Positions 24,398 to 34,161 of a stretch of DNA of 64,000 nt are shown here, piece by piece. Below the pieces are notes generated by a model that was not told the origin of the DNA, did not search any database, and saw only the letters and a list, made by a program, of their open reading frames with translations. The DNA is taken from positions 256,001-320,000 of the IMG/VR virus record IMGVR_UViG_3300009031_000221, one strand, 5' to 3'. Within the stretch, counting starts at the first letter, position 1. Each line of letters opens with the position of its first letter. The position numbers and the translations under genes are program-made. The DNA is from a virus (Duplodnaviria > Caudoviricetes).

Positions 24398-25129
24398 ATG
24401 TCATCGATCATCATTGGTAAATTCGGGCCTTCTGCCTGTCAAATCCTGGAAGCCGCTATTGCGGTGGCTTCTCGTCCAGACACCAAGTTGGTTGTCAAGT
24501 CCATGCCTGAAGGTTCCACCGTATTGGGCGGGGCTGAATGGGGCGGTCGGCGCAAGAAGGACTACGAGCGTGGTCTTGGCTACCTGCATGAGTTGTCCGA
24601 ACGGATGAACCTGAAGAATCAGGTATTCCTGGGTGGTGCGTGTGGTGTGCCTTGGCGTGAAGATGCCATCAAGGAATTGGATGCCCGGGGTTGTAGTTAT
24701 TACAACCCTGAGGTTGCCGACTGGGATATCCAGGATGCGGCCTTGAAGGCGAACGGATTGAAGGGCGGCATTATGGAACTGGAGGCGATTCACAAGACGT
24801 CATCCTATGTCCTGCTGTTCGTCTTCGATCCCGGTACCCGTGCCCTTGCCACCTTGAACGAGTGCGTCGAGTTCATGATGGCGGGGAAGCAAAAGATGGT
24901 CATCGTTGAGGCCTACGTAGCGCCTGGAACGATTATCGGTGGTCAACTCGTGACCCTTGAGGAAGCCACTGACATCAACGAGGCCCGGGAGCGGTTGTTT
25001 GCCTTGGCGGACAATCATGGCATTGCCGTCCTGTCAACGGTGGCAGACGCAATCAATGAATGCGTCGATTTGCTTCAGGAAATGGCCGAAGATGTCGAGA
25101 TTGAAGAAGCAGAGGATGTTGCAGCATGA
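24398..25129 (+). CDS. Nucleoside 2-deoxyribosyltransferase-like protein
   Basis: VFLGG.CG..WR, YYNP.V.DW, E...K......LFV.D..T.A.ATL.E. Confidence 0.6.
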   Translation: MSSIIIGKFGPSACQILEAAIAVASRPDTKLVVKSMPEGSTVLGGAEWGGRRKKDYERGLGYLHELSERMNLKNQVFLGGACGVPWREDAIKELDARGCSYYNPEVADWDIQDAALKANGLKGGIMELEAIHKTSSYVLLFVFDPGTRALATLNECVEFMMAGKQKMVIVEAYVAPGTIIGGQLVTLEEATDINEARERLFALADNHGIAVLSTVADAINECVDLLQEMAEDVEIEEAEDVAA

Positions 25130-25557
25130 GCATTGGACCTCCCCGCCCTCACCTGGGCATCAACACGGATACCGTTCACTTGATGGCCTTGGATGATCAA
25201 CTCCGGCAGTTGAATCTATGGGTAACTGCGGCACGCACAACTGTCCAGGTTCTGCTGGCTAAGCGTGCCCCTGAACCACAGCCTGAACCTATCATGACTT
25301 CGCATCCGTTTTCGCCTCCTCAGTTATTGGACGCGGATCCGCCCGAATATTCCCGTGTACAGGAACCTACCAAGGCAGCCTTGATGGAACAAGGGCTTGC
25401 CCTTGATATCCCTGAAAGCGTTCTCCGGGATCCCAAGTACTTGAATGGGACTTCCCGTCCTTCCAAGGAAGGGTTGAAGGCCACGCAAGTATTCCTCGGG
25501 CAAGTCAAGGCATTGAAGGCTGCAGGGCAGGATCCATCTCCCCTGTGGGAGGCCTGA
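25126..25557 (+). CDS. Hypothetical protein
   Basis: ATGA-coupled ORF. Confidence 0.55.
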   Translation: MSIGPPRPHLGINTDTVHLMALDDQLRQLNLWVTAARTTVQVLLAKRAPEPQPEPIMTSHPFSPPQLLDADPPEYSRVQEPTKAALMEQGLALDIPESVLRDPKYLNGTSRPSKEGLKATQVFLGQVKALKAAGQDPSPLWEA

Positions 25558-25596
25558 GGATTTTCGGTATCTATCCGATAGAACCCTAGTGGTGGA

Positions 25597-26217
25597 ATGA
25601 TTGAACCCATTCCTATTCCACCACTAGGAGCCCATCAAATGTCAGCTACCAAAATATGTAAGTGCTGCGGTATCGATAAACCGGTGTCTGACATGACACC
25701 TAGGAAAAAGAACGGTAGAACGTATTTTACAAACCATTGCAAGAAGTGTGAAAGCCTGCGAACGCAGGGGTGGCAAAAAGGTAATCCTGAAAAGTACCAA
25801 GCACTTCAAGAAAGCACCAAACTTCTACATAAACATATCCGGGTTCACCAACGGGATAGGGCTATCCTATTTGATAGCCGACACACAGACAAAAAGTCGG
25901 GTTTAATCAACGATCTCGACAGGAAATTCATCCAGGGGGAAATCCTAAAAGGGTGCTATTATTGTGGGGATACGCAGATTCAGATGACTCTTGATCGAAT
26001 AGACAATACGGTGGGACATTTGAAAACTAATGTTATGCCATGTTGCATCCGTTGCAATGTCACCCGCAGAAACATGCCCTATGAAGCCTGGTTGGTTGTT
26101 GCTAAAGGAATGCGGGAAGCACGGCAAAGGGGCCTATTTGGGAACTGGGCTGGATCATCTACAAAAGCAAACCCTGAGGAGCTTACTTTTGATACATCGG
26201 GCGTAGATCCTACATAG
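25597..26217 (+). CDS. HNH-like homing endonuclease
   Basis: CYYCG...TLDRIDNTVGH...NV.PCC.RCN; AT-richer than flanks. Confidence 0.8.
   Translation: MIEPIPIPPLGAHQMSATKICKCCGIDKPVSDMTPRKKNGRTYFTNHCKKCESLRTQGWQKGNPEKYQALQESTKLLHKHIRVHQRDRAILFDSRHTDKKSGLINDLDRKFIQGEILKGCYYCGDTQIQMTLDRIDNTVGHLKTNVMPCCIRCNVTRRNMPYEAWLVVAKGMREARQRGLFGNWAGSSTKANPEELTFDTSGVDPT
26181..26208 (+). promoter_or_regulatory. Phage promoter motif (embedded in 3' end of HNH gene)
   Basis: GCTTAC-TTTTGATACATCGGG-CGTAGAT. Confidence 0.75.
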
Positions 26218-26223
26218 GGCACA

Positions 26224-26904
26224 GTGCCCGGAGGTTCTTCGATGAATACCCCAGCGCAAGATGTTGTACAACGGCACATCAAACAACTGGCAGTTATGCG
26301 TGGGTGGCTCGATGGTCGAGGATACTTCAAAGCAGCGGACGCCCTGGAATTTGTAAGGGGTTTGGAACAAGGGACAAGAAAAGATAATTTGACTCCTAAG
26401 TTTCACCACCAGTTGAGCATTGCCCGGTTGGTTGCGACCCTGGCGCCGCACCTTGCCATGCCGGAAGAGACGCTGGCGGCTGCGTTCCTGCATGACGTAC
26501 TGGAAGACCACAGTGACAAGGTCACCCGTGGAGACCTGGAAGCCCGCTTTGGCAAGGTCATCGCTGACGCCGTGTGGAAGCTCAGCAAGAAGTGCGGCGG
26601 ACTGGTCAAGACCTACGACCTCTACTTCGCGGAGATGGCTACATGCCCCATCGCAAGCATCGTGAAAATCGCTGACCGGGCGCATAACGTGCAGACCATG
26701 GTCGGCGTGTTCACGATTGCCAAGCAGAAGGAATACTTGGCGGAAGTGGACACCTACTTCTTCCCCCTGATTCGCCAAGGTCGCCGCAACTTCCCTCGCC
26801 AGTACGGCGCCTACGAGAACATCAAGATCCTGTTGCGGAGTCAGGCCCGCCTGATTCGCCAAATCCATGAGGCCATGCCGAAGGACGCCAGCCATGAATG
26901 TTGA
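26224..26904 (+). CDS. HD-domain (p)ppGpp hydrolase-like protein (SpoT/Mesh1 type)
   Basis: RKD..TP...H, AAFLHDVLED, VWKLSK, VKIADRAHN. Confidence 0.88.
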   Translation: MPGGSSMNTPAQDVVQRHIKQLAVMRGWLDGRGYFKAADALEFVRGLEQGTRKDNLTPKFHHQLSIARLVATLAPHLAMPEETLAAAFLHDVLEDHSDKVTRGDLEARFGKVIADAVWKLSKKCGGLVKTYDLYFAEMATCPIASIVKIADRAHNVQTMVGVFTIAKQKEYLAEVDTYFFPLIRQGRRNFPRQYGAYENIKILLRSQARLIRQIHEAMPKDASHEC

Positions 26905-27292
26905 TGCTATGATCAATCTTGCCAAACCCCTTGTTCCTAGGATGAGGGCTCAAGAGGCACAGCTAGCGGATCAAAGAGTGGCAGCCGCAAAGGCTTTCGA
27001 ACAAGATGTCATTTCCGCGATTCCGATAGTTGAAAAGATCCTTCAAAAAGCGTTGGAGGAATCCGCTAAAACGGGGGGTCTAGTCGACATATCGTTTATG
27101 CACGAGAGTGATGATCTTAGATGCCACCTCGTCTACCAGGATCTTTTTGCAGTAAAGGAAGCCGTGCGTCGAGTATTGGTGGAAACCAATGATAAGGTGC
27201 GCCCACAGGGATTTTCAATTCATATCGACACGTTGTCCACCGCCCGGGGGGAAACCCGAGTCCGGCTTAAGCCATCCTGGGTACGCCGCTAG
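26894..27292 (+). CDS. Hypothetical protein
   Basis: ORF in operon. Confidence 0.55.
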   Translation: MNVDAMINLAKPLVPRMRAQEAQLADQRVAAAKAFEQDVISAIPIVEKILQKALEESAKTGGLVDISFMHESDDLRCHLVYQDLFAVKEAVRRVLVETNDKVRPQGFSIHIDTLSTARGETRVRLKPSWVRR

Positions 27293-27302
27293 GAGGATCG
27301 CC

Positions 27303-27722
27303 ATGAATGCTGAACCCCTTGTCCCACTCACCCTGACCTCCGATGAGGTGCGGTGGCTGAACTTGCCCGCCATCAACCTGACCCAGTTCTACCGTGACGA
27401 ACACGGCATGGATTGGAATGCTTGGCACTACTTCCCCAGTTCGGGAAGGGCTATGGATCCCGACTTCTACCCAGGGCAATTCTCCGATGGGCATAGCCAT
27501 GGGGATTGCCACATGGAAGGGCCGCATGAGGGTTGGACTCTCATCAACAAGTCTGAAATTAAGATGTTTACCATCAAATACATCGTGGCCATGAAGCGGG
27601 AACTGGAAGCGGTGCAATTGGAATTGCACAAGGCGGCACGTTCGAAGAAGCAGGTAGACCGGCAGAAGGCTGCTGGAATGCTGAGTGCCCGGTTGAACGA
27701 TGTCATCCAGATGCTTAGGTAG
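27303..27722 (+). CDS. Hypothetical protein
   Basis: AGGAGG RBS. Confidence 0.65.
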   Translation: MNAEPLVPLTLTSDEVRWLNLPAINLTQFYRDEHGMDWNAWHYFPSSGRAMDPDFYPGQFSDGHSHGDCHMEGPHEGWTLINKSEIKMFTIKYIVAMKRELEAVQLELHKAARSKKQVDRQKAAGMLSARLNDVIQMLR

Positions 27723-27774
27723 GTACGATATCTGTCCCGATAGGGTAACGGAATAAACCTGTGAGGAACCGAAA

Positions 27775-28275
27775 ATGACGTATTGGAAGTTTGTGCGACG
27801 TAACGTAATGATGTTCGTGATGAGCATGGTGATCTTCGCCCTGATCCTCGGAATTTTCTCCAACATTTCGAAGCTGGCGGAAACCATTGCAACCCGTATT
27901 GGAATCGCCAATACCTACCACGGCAGCTTCTACGTAACCATGGCGCTGTTGGCGATTGGCATCATTATCGGCATTGCCCTTGCACCCTTCACCGCCAAGC
28001 GGCTATTCAATCACGACCTGTTGGCGCCGAAGACTCCTCCGGTTATATCAGGCACTCGTATTGTTCCCCGTTGCCCAAACAGGGCCTCCCGTTGGAAGCA
28101 CGTCAAGCGTGGAACCTACTACATCGTGGATTTCCTTGCGGAGGGCAAAGGTGAAGGGATGGATGGTAAGCATTATGTCATCTATCACGCTGTGGTAGGA
28201 TATGGTTCCTATGCACGAGAACTCGCGGAGTTCATGGACGGGCGCTTTGTGCAAGAGGAACTTCCGAATGTTTGA
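27775..28275 (+). CDS. Membrane protein with C-terminal DUF1653-like SH3 fold
   Basis: Two hydrophobic helices; WKHVKRGTYY...VIY...YAREL.EF..GRF. Confidence 0.6.
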   Translation: MTYWKFVRRNVMMFVMSMVIFALILGIFSNISKLAETIATRIGIANTYHGSFYVTMALLAIGIIIGIALAPFTAKRLFNHDLLAPKTPPVISGTRIVPRCPNRASRWKHVKRGTYYIVDFLAEGKGEGMDGKHYVIYHAVVGYGSYARELAEFMDGRFVQEELPNV

Positions 28276-28900
28276 ACTGAACTGCACCACCGATCGCTAC
28301 GATGACATCTACGCGCCCTGGTTGGCCCGTGAATCGAATCTATTGAAGCTGTCCGGTTATCGACCGGGTGACGCCTTCCTAGACCTCTGCGGAGGCTCTG
28401 GAGGCGTTGCCAAGGAAGCGATCAAAATGGCTTCCTACGGAGAAGTAGATCTCCTGGATCTGAACCCCCGCTGCGACAACAAGTTTGTTCGATGCCACAA
28501 AGGGCGGGCGGAAGACGCCTATCAGATATTCAATCCCGGACAGTTCGACGTGGTCATTTGCCGTCAAGGCCTAGGATACCTGCAGTTGGAACCTACCTGT
28601 TATGCCATGGCGCAGATCATCAAGCCGGGCGGCAAGTTCGTGTTCAACACGTTCAAGAAGCCCACTCGGTTTGGTGTCAAGAACTACCAGTTCGACGGAT
28701 GCGTCTACGATGAGGTTCACCTGTATCTGTTCGGGCGTATCATCCATCTTCAGCACAAGCAGGATAATGCTAGCGATGTTACGATGTTCCGCTACCACAG
28801 CCCTGAGGAAATCCTTGATGCGGTATCCCCTTGGTTCAACGTGGAATTAGTGACATCGAAATCATCATTGCGTTGGGTTTGCACAAGGAAACCGAAATGA
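28268..28900 (+). CDS. Class I SAM-dependent methyltransferase
   Basis: FLDLCGGSG, LLDLN, GRAED, FDVVIC, IIKPGGKFVF. Confidence 0.88.
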   Translation: MFELNCTTDRYDDIYAPWLARESNLLKLSGYRPGDAFLDLCGGSGGVAKEAIKMASYGEVDLLDLNPRCDNKFVRCHKGRAEDAYQIFNPGQFDVVICRQGLGYLQLEPTCYAMAQIIKPGGKFVFNTFKKPTRFGVKNYQFDGCVYDEVHLYLFGRIIHLQHKQDNASDVTMFRYHSPEEILDAVSPWFNVELVTSKSSLRWVCTRKPK

Positions 28901-29586
28901 AAGTCTACAAGCTGACGGATCCCAAGATGTGTACCTACGGGAGATGCCAATGGCACATTGACATCCCTCGGGTTACATCTGGGGAAAGGGGCTTGTGTGG
29001 CGGGGGTTGGCTCCACTGGTATACGGATCCCAAGTTGGCGTTGTTCTTGAATTCCATTCACGGGCAATTCGAACGGGAATACCTCAGGCTGTTTGAGGCG
29101 GAAGCCGAGGGCCGAATCTTGCATGACAAGCCCTTCAAGGGAGGGTCAACCAAACTGACCCTCACAAGGGAAATCACGGATTTCCAACGCCCCACGGATG
29201 AACAATTCATCTACTTTGGCATCCTTTGTGCCAAGCACGTCTACAAGGACGTGGAATGGAATGCTTGGGCGGATAGGTGGATTTGTGGAGATCGCTCCAT
29301 GAATATGTCCTGGGAGGCTGAGAAGGTATCGTATGTTGCCAACTGTGCATATGAGTATCGAAAGGATTATGCCGCGAAATCAGCATTCTTGGCTGCAAGG
29401 GCAGCGTTGTCTCACTTCGATGGAAGGGTGCATATCTACCACGCATCAAGGGCTGCTGACTATGCTGTCAAGTCGTACGGGTTTCGGAAATTGTCAATGT
29501 TCATGACTTCCTTGAAGTGCGCGAATTTCATCAATCTGAAATCCATTGCGGATCGGGCATTGGAATACGACATCAACAAACTGTAA
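28897..29586 (+). CDS. Hypothetical protein, distant relative of the MKAYWFS paralogues
   Basis: MKVYKL..., C..GWLH, LFEAE..G, Ala-rich helical tail. Confidence 0.7.
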   Translation: MKVYKLTDPKMCTYGRCQWHIDIPRVTSGERGLCGGGWLHWYTDPKLALFLNSIHGQFEREYLRLFEAEAEGRILHDKPFKGGSTKLTLTREITDFQRPTDEQFIYFGILCAKHVYKDVEWNAWADRWICGDRSMNMSWEAEKVSYVANCAYEYRKDYAAKSAFLAARAALSHFDGRVHIYHASRAADYAVKSYGFRKLSMFMTSLKCANFINLKSIADRALEYDINKL

Positions 29587-29595
29587 GGGGCAATC

Positions 29596-30132
29596 ATGGA
29601 TTTCGATACCTACTTCAAGTTGCACCCCGAAGCCCTCATCCCTTACGGGGATTGGATTCGACCATCCGAGAAATACCAGGCCATTCGGGCGGGTGTCCTT
29701 CAGTTCAATGATGACACCGCGTGCTGCTGGGGGGGCCCTTTCCCTGGCAATGTCGCAGGCTTTAGCCTCTACGATGTTCGGGTTGCGTATCCCAGTTACA
29801 AGGGCAAACCCCTTGCGGAAGCCCATGCCACGGCCTTGGTGCAAGTCGCAAAACTGAAAGAATCGGATATGCGGTATGAACACCAGCCGTATTGGGCAGA
29901 ATTGTTTGCTCGAGTCCAAGCAGGAGATGCCGCCGCAATCCATGTCATCAATGAGTGGGGAACCCTGGAGCATCCGTTCACGCTTCACGTATTCGGTAAT
30001 GATGACTGCAGCTACTCCAAATGGTTCGCAACGCAGGCTGAAGCCGAAGCTGTGTTGGACCTGCTTGAGGCAGGGCAACCCCTAGATATGTTCAAGGACT
30101 TCCACCCATTCTATTTTGTGTTCACCAACTGA
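29596..30132 (+). CDS. Hypothetical protein
   Basis: 178-aa ORF with RBS. Confidence 0.7.
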   Translation: MDFDTYFKLHPEALIPYGDWIRPSEKYQAIRAGVLQFNDDTACCWGGPFPGNVAGFSLYDVRVAYPSYKGKPLAEAHATALVQVAKLKESDMRYEHQPYWAELFARVQAGDAAAIHVINEWGTLEHPFTLHVFGNDDCSYSKWFATQAEAEAVLDLLEAGQPLDMFKDFHPFYFVFTN

Positions 30133-30138
30133 GGCACC

Positions 30139-31296
30139 ATGAAAGTCTTGATTACCGCCGGCCCCGTCTATGGGAGGCTTGACGACAACAAGTTGGTCAG
30201 CAACCGCTCCCGTGGCATATGGGCAGAGAAGTACGCGGAACGCCTATGTGATCAAGGGCACGACGTTACGCTATTGGTTGCGGATACCTACCCTGAGCCC
30301 ATGTGGCACGGAATCCTTCATCGTATCGGGGATCCCGTGCCAAAGGTCCTTCGGCAAACGGGGTTTGATGACTACCGTGCCCAGTGCATGGCGTTGGCGC
30401 CGGAGATGGATGTTGCCATTATGGCAAGCGCTGTCGTCAACTGGATCCCGGCGGAACCCATCAAGGGCAAGATGACCACCAAGGGCTACAAGCCCGGTGA
30501 CCGGGTCAACATTCCGTTCTACTTGGCCCCGCATGTCATTGACGAGATGAAGAAGCTGAATCCCCGTATAACATTGGTCGGTTGCAAGATGACTTCGGGG
30601 GCTGAATACCAAGACATGATTGATGCCGCCTACGATGTCATCCTGCACGCCAAGGCGAATGTTGTCGTAGCCAATGACCTGACGCACGGTCTCAAGGATA
30701 AGTTCCTCGTCTACCAGGACAAGACCGTCGTCCCTTACCGAAAGGACTTCAAGGGTTTATTCCGTGACCTGGATGCCGTATTGGCAGATGAACATTACCA
30801 TACGAAGGTGACTTCACCCGGGTCTTTCACAAAGGTTGAGGGCGGATCCACCTTTGACCGTATCGTGGCCAAGTACTGGGATCGGTTCATCCATCGTTCT
30901 GCTACGGATAACATGGTGCTCGGATCGATTTGTGTTCCACAGGGCGATAATGAAACGTGGCACACATGGCTCCTGTCCCCACGGGAGAAGGGCGGAAAGT
31001 CCTTTATTAGCTATGATGCGTCAATCGTAGTAGACATCGATGGCAGGGAAATCAAAACCGATGGATGCAAGGCAACCTTGAATGCCCCACTTCTCACCCG
31101 TGTTTGCGGCAAATACCCCACGGCAACCGCTATCCTGCATTTGCACGAACAACTGCCGAATGTCCCGACTGTCCCCTATGCCCCACCGGGTACTGTAAGG
31201 GACAATGACCGGGAGATCCCTGGGCCGATATTCAACATCGAAGGGCATGGATTTATTGCATGCTTGGATGATAACCTGGAAATCTGGAGAGTTTGA
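30139..31296 (+). CDS. CoaB-like (phosphopantothenate-cysteine ligase) domain fused to class II aldolase-like C-terminus
   Basis: VLITAGPV...D....SN.SRG, IMASAV..W.P...GK, P.VI..., LVGCK, VVAND; C-terminal AILHLH. Confidence 0.7.
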   Translation: MKVLITAGPVYGRLDDNKLVSNRSRGIWAEKYAERLCDQGHDVTLLVADTYPEPMWHGILHRIGDPVPKVLRQTGFDDYRAQCMALAPEMDVAIMASAVVNWIPAEPIKGKMTTKGYKPGDRVNIPFYLAPHVIDEMKKLNPRITLVGCKMTSGAEYQDMIDAAYDVILHAKANVVVANDLTHGLKDKFLVYQDKTVVPYRKDFKGLFRDLDAVLADEHYHTKVTSPGSFTKVEGGSTFDRIVAKYWDRFIHRSATDNMVLGSICVPQGDNETWHTWLLSPREKGGKSFISYDASIVVDIDGREIKTDGCKATLNAPLLTRVCGKYPTATAILHLHEQLPNVPTVPYAPPGTVRDNDREIPGPIFNIEGHGFIACLDDNLEIWRV

Positions 31297-31469
31297 ACAC
31301 CATGAAAGAGTACCTGATTCGCTGTGCCCTGAATGACCTCTTTTCTTGCCGCCCTTTAGATCCCAGCAACCCGTGGGATGCGTTCTTGCTCAAGTGCCGC
31401 GATGATATAGATGAAATCGTCCTGAATGATTTTAATAGGATTTGTGCTGAAATATCTGGGAGGTAGCCA

Positions 31470-32033
31470 ATGCGAGTTGCAGTCTATGCCGGTAGCTTTG
31501 ATCCCCCGACCCTTGGGCATATGGATATCATTCGTCGGGCTGGGGAGCAATTCGATAATGTTGTCATCCTTGTGGCATGCAATCCCGCCAAGAAAACGGG
31601 AATGTTCAACCAGATGGAACGAATGAACCTTCTGTATAGCCTCCTCATGGAGGAGTTGGGGGATGCGGGCACGCATCTTATCTGGCGGCACTCGAATGAC
31701 CCTATCCTGGAATCGGAGCCCAAGTACATGATTCGGGCTATCGGTGAAGATGTGGCAACGGTTAATGTTGCACGGGAGATGGGGGCGCATACCGTCATCC
31801 GGGGTTTGCGATCCATGATGGACTTCGAGAAAGAATTCGGGATGGCACTGGTCAATCGCAAACTGGCGCCAACGGTTGACACGGTATTCCTCATGACGGC
31901 ACATGAACACATGTTCACGTCATCATCAACCGCAAAGGAAGTTGCCTTCCTGAAGGGCGACTTGACATCGTTCGTTCATCCGTGGGTTGCACAGCAAATG
32001 ATGCAAAAGCTCGAGGCCGCAAGGCATGCCTAA
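31470..32033 (+). CDS. coaD: Phosphopantetheine adenylyltransferase
   Basis: AVYAGSFDPPTLGHMDII, NPAK..MF...ER, IRGLR..DF..E..MA..N, SSS..KEVA. Confidence 0.9.
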   Translation: MRVAVYAGSFDPPTLGHMDIIRRAGEQFDNVVILVACNPAKKTGMFNQMERMNLLYSLLMEELGDAGTHLIWRHSNDPILESEPKYMIRAIGEDVATVNVAREMGAHTVIRGLRSMMDFEKEFGMALVNRKLAPTVDTVFLMTAHEHMFTSSSTAKEVAFLKGDLTSFVHPWVAQQMMQKLEAARHA

Positions 32034-32427
32034 GACCCGTGTTGCGATTGTGGGATCCCGAAATTTCAACAACCCCGCATTAATCACGGCCTTTGTCAAC
32101 AGGCTTGCCGTCAAGCTCGATGCACAGAATCTGGTTGTGGTATCGGGCGGGGCAAAGGGTGTAGACTCCTATGCGGAAGCGGCGGCTCGATCCCTTGGCA
32201 TCGAAGTAGAAAGCATCAAGCCTGACTGGGCAACCTACGGGAAGCGAGCCGGGTTTCTACGGAACACCACCATTGTAGAACATGCTGATCGTATTGTGGC
32301 TTTTCATGACGGAATTAGTCGGGGCACTATGGACACTGTTTGGAAAGCCTTCGATTCGGGGAAACCCGTAGTGGTTTTGAATGATGAAGGTCACATAGTC
32401 CCTCAAGATAAGTGGCCCCCTCGATAG
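32026..32427 (+). CDS. SLOG-superfamily (YspA/DUF2493-like) protein
   Basis: IVGSRNF, VSGGAKGVD..A, W..YGKRAG..RN, AF.DG.SRGT. Confidence 0.85.
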   Translation: MPKTRVAIVGSRNFNNPALITAFVNRLAVKLDAQNLVVVSGGAKGVDSYAEAAARSLGIEVESIKPDWATYGKRAGFLRNTTIVEHADRIVAFHDGISRGTMDTVWKAFDSGKPVVVLNDEGHIVPQDKWPPR

Positions 32428-32483
32428 ATTTGACATATTAATCAATATCGTTCCTCGCGTGGGGGTATAGCCATGGAGGTTTC

Positions 32484-33266
32484 ATGAGAGCTATTGATTT
32501 GACGGGTACTCAATTTGGCAAACTTACAGCAATACGGGCAACTTCCGAAGGTTCTATTCGGAAGTGGATCTGTCGTTGTACGTGTGGTACGGAAGCGGCT
32601 TATTCCACGGGGCAACTAAATTCAGGAAAGCGGCAAAGCTGCGGATGTTCTAGATTCATGAACTTGGAGGGACAGGTTTTTGGTTCATTACTTGTATTGC
32701 ATGAAGATGTAAACGCCAAAACGCATAGAACCAAATTTCTATGCCAGTGTGTTTGTGGGGGAAACCGCTTAGTTGAAGGCACTAAGTTGAAAAATGGAAG
32801 GGTTCAAAAGTGTCTTCTTTGTGCGAAATCTGTAGATAGATCCAGCAAATACCGATTGCCGGACGGACAAGCATTGATTAATCGGGCATTTGCTAGCTAC
32901 CAACACAATGCCCGTACTAAGGGGTTAGCTTTCAATCTACCTAAGGAAATCGCGCTTGAATTATTTGCTCGTGATTGTTTCTACTGTGGTTCTCCGCCGT
33001 CAAACACCCTCACGCATCCAAAGCATAGAGGATCATTTACCTATAATGGCATAGATAGACTAGATAATTCGAAAGGGTATGAACCGGAAAATTGCGTGAC
33101 ATCTTGCCAAATATGCAACTTCATGAAGAACTCTTGGCATGTTGATGCATTTCTGACAATAGTTCATCGCATTGCCAATACGTGTTCACATGTGATAGAT
33201 AATACCGACATGCCAAAAAGCACACCCCTAACGAGACGAAAATCTAGCTGGCCTCAGCCCACTTGA
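32484..33266 (+). CDS. Homing endonuclease (two CxC...SCGC-type repeats + HNH-like domain)
   Basis: DLTG.QFGKL, CRCTCG, SCGC, CFYCG, GIDRLDNSKGY...NCV..C..CN. Confidence 0.85.
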   Translation: MRAIDLTGTQFGKLTAIRATSEGSIRKWICRCTCGTEAAYSTGQLNSGKRQSCGCSRFMNLEGQVFGSLLVLHEDVNAKTHRTKFLCQCVCGGNRLVEGTKLKNGRVQKCLLCAKSVDRSSKYRLPDGQALINRAFASYQHNARTKGLAFNLPKEIALELFARDCFYCGSPPSNTLTHPKHRGSFTYNGIDRLDNSKGYEPENCVTSCQICNFMKNSWHVDAFLTIVHRIANTCSHVIDNTDMPKSTPLTRRKSSWPQPT

Positions 33267-33307
33267 TTTGTGGGTATTGTTTCTGAACATCTAAAGGAAT
33301 ACAAGAC

Positions 33308-34123
33308 ATGGCACACGAACCTGACGCTATTTGCACCGGCACCTATGTACGCAGTGAATATGATGCAGAAGATCTTGGGCATCTAGTTCACGATGAATAC
33401 ACCTATTGCCCGGTTCATGATCCTAGCACATTGAAAAAGGATACGCCCCATCCGATGGATATGTCGGCACCAATCATGGTGGAGTTCCTTTGTGATGAAC
33501 TGTCCAGAACGGACAACACCATCAAATGCGATGTGAAGCAGGCTTTCAAGGATGCAGCACAAACCATCAAAGACTTGCGGGAAGAAGTGGAATATCATCG
33601 GCAAATGAATGCCGATCAAGGGCATTTGATTTGGTGGGCTCTGCGGAAGGCTTTGTACGGTAGGGAAAAGGGCGGGCCGGACTCAAATAAGATCCCCGAC
33701 ATCATCTCAGGGATGCCCCAGGAATGGGAAGTAGTTCAGGAAGCCATCAAGCGATTGGAAGATTCCGACCCTCCATTCGGTTTGGACGCCTACCAGCTTG
33801 GTTGCGCTACGACGGCAAATTATCCTGAAGCCGGAACCGGTTCCATTGCAGCCATTACCTACTGTGTTCTCGGCTTGACCGGTGAAGCCGGGGAAGTCGC
33901 AGACAAATGGAAGAAGGTCATTCGGGGTGACCATGGAGAGGGTGTATTGACTCCTGAAGTCAAGGCATTGATGATCAAGGAAGTCGGGGACACCACGTGG
34001 TACGCCGCTAGGTTGTCCGCTGAACTTGGCGCCCGCCTTTCTGAAGTAGCTCAAGGGAACTTGGATAAGCTCGCATCCCGCAAGGAACGGGGCGTAATCA
34101 AGGGTTCTGGCGACTTGCGCTGA
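33308..34123 (+). CDS. Protein with C-terminal MazG-like NTP pyrophosphohydrolase domain
   Basis: LGLTGEAGEVADKWKK, KEVGDT.WY, N..KL.SR..RG. Confidence 0.85.
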   Translation: MAHEPDAICTGTYVRSEYDAEDLGHLVHDEYTYCPVHDPSTLKKDTPHPMDMSAPIMVEFLCDELSRTDNTIKCDVKQAFKDAAQTIKDLREEVEYHRQMNADQGHLIWWALRKALYGREKGGPDSNKIPDIISGMPQEWEVVQEAIKRLEDSDPPFGLDAYQLGCATTANYPEAGTGSIAAITYCVLGLTGEAGEVADKWKKVIRGDHGEGVLTPEVKALMIKEVGDTTWYAARLSAELGARLSEVAQGNLDKLASRKERGVIKGSGDLR

Positions 34124-34126
34124 TAG

Positions 34127-34154
34127 ACTTACTTCATGTGAATGCGGCGTAGAT
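34127..34154 (+). promoter_or_regulatory. Phage promoter motif upstream of PheRS
   Basis: ACTTAC-TTCATGTGAATGCGG-CGTAGAT. Confidence 0.8.
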
Positions 34155-34161
34155 CCATCCC

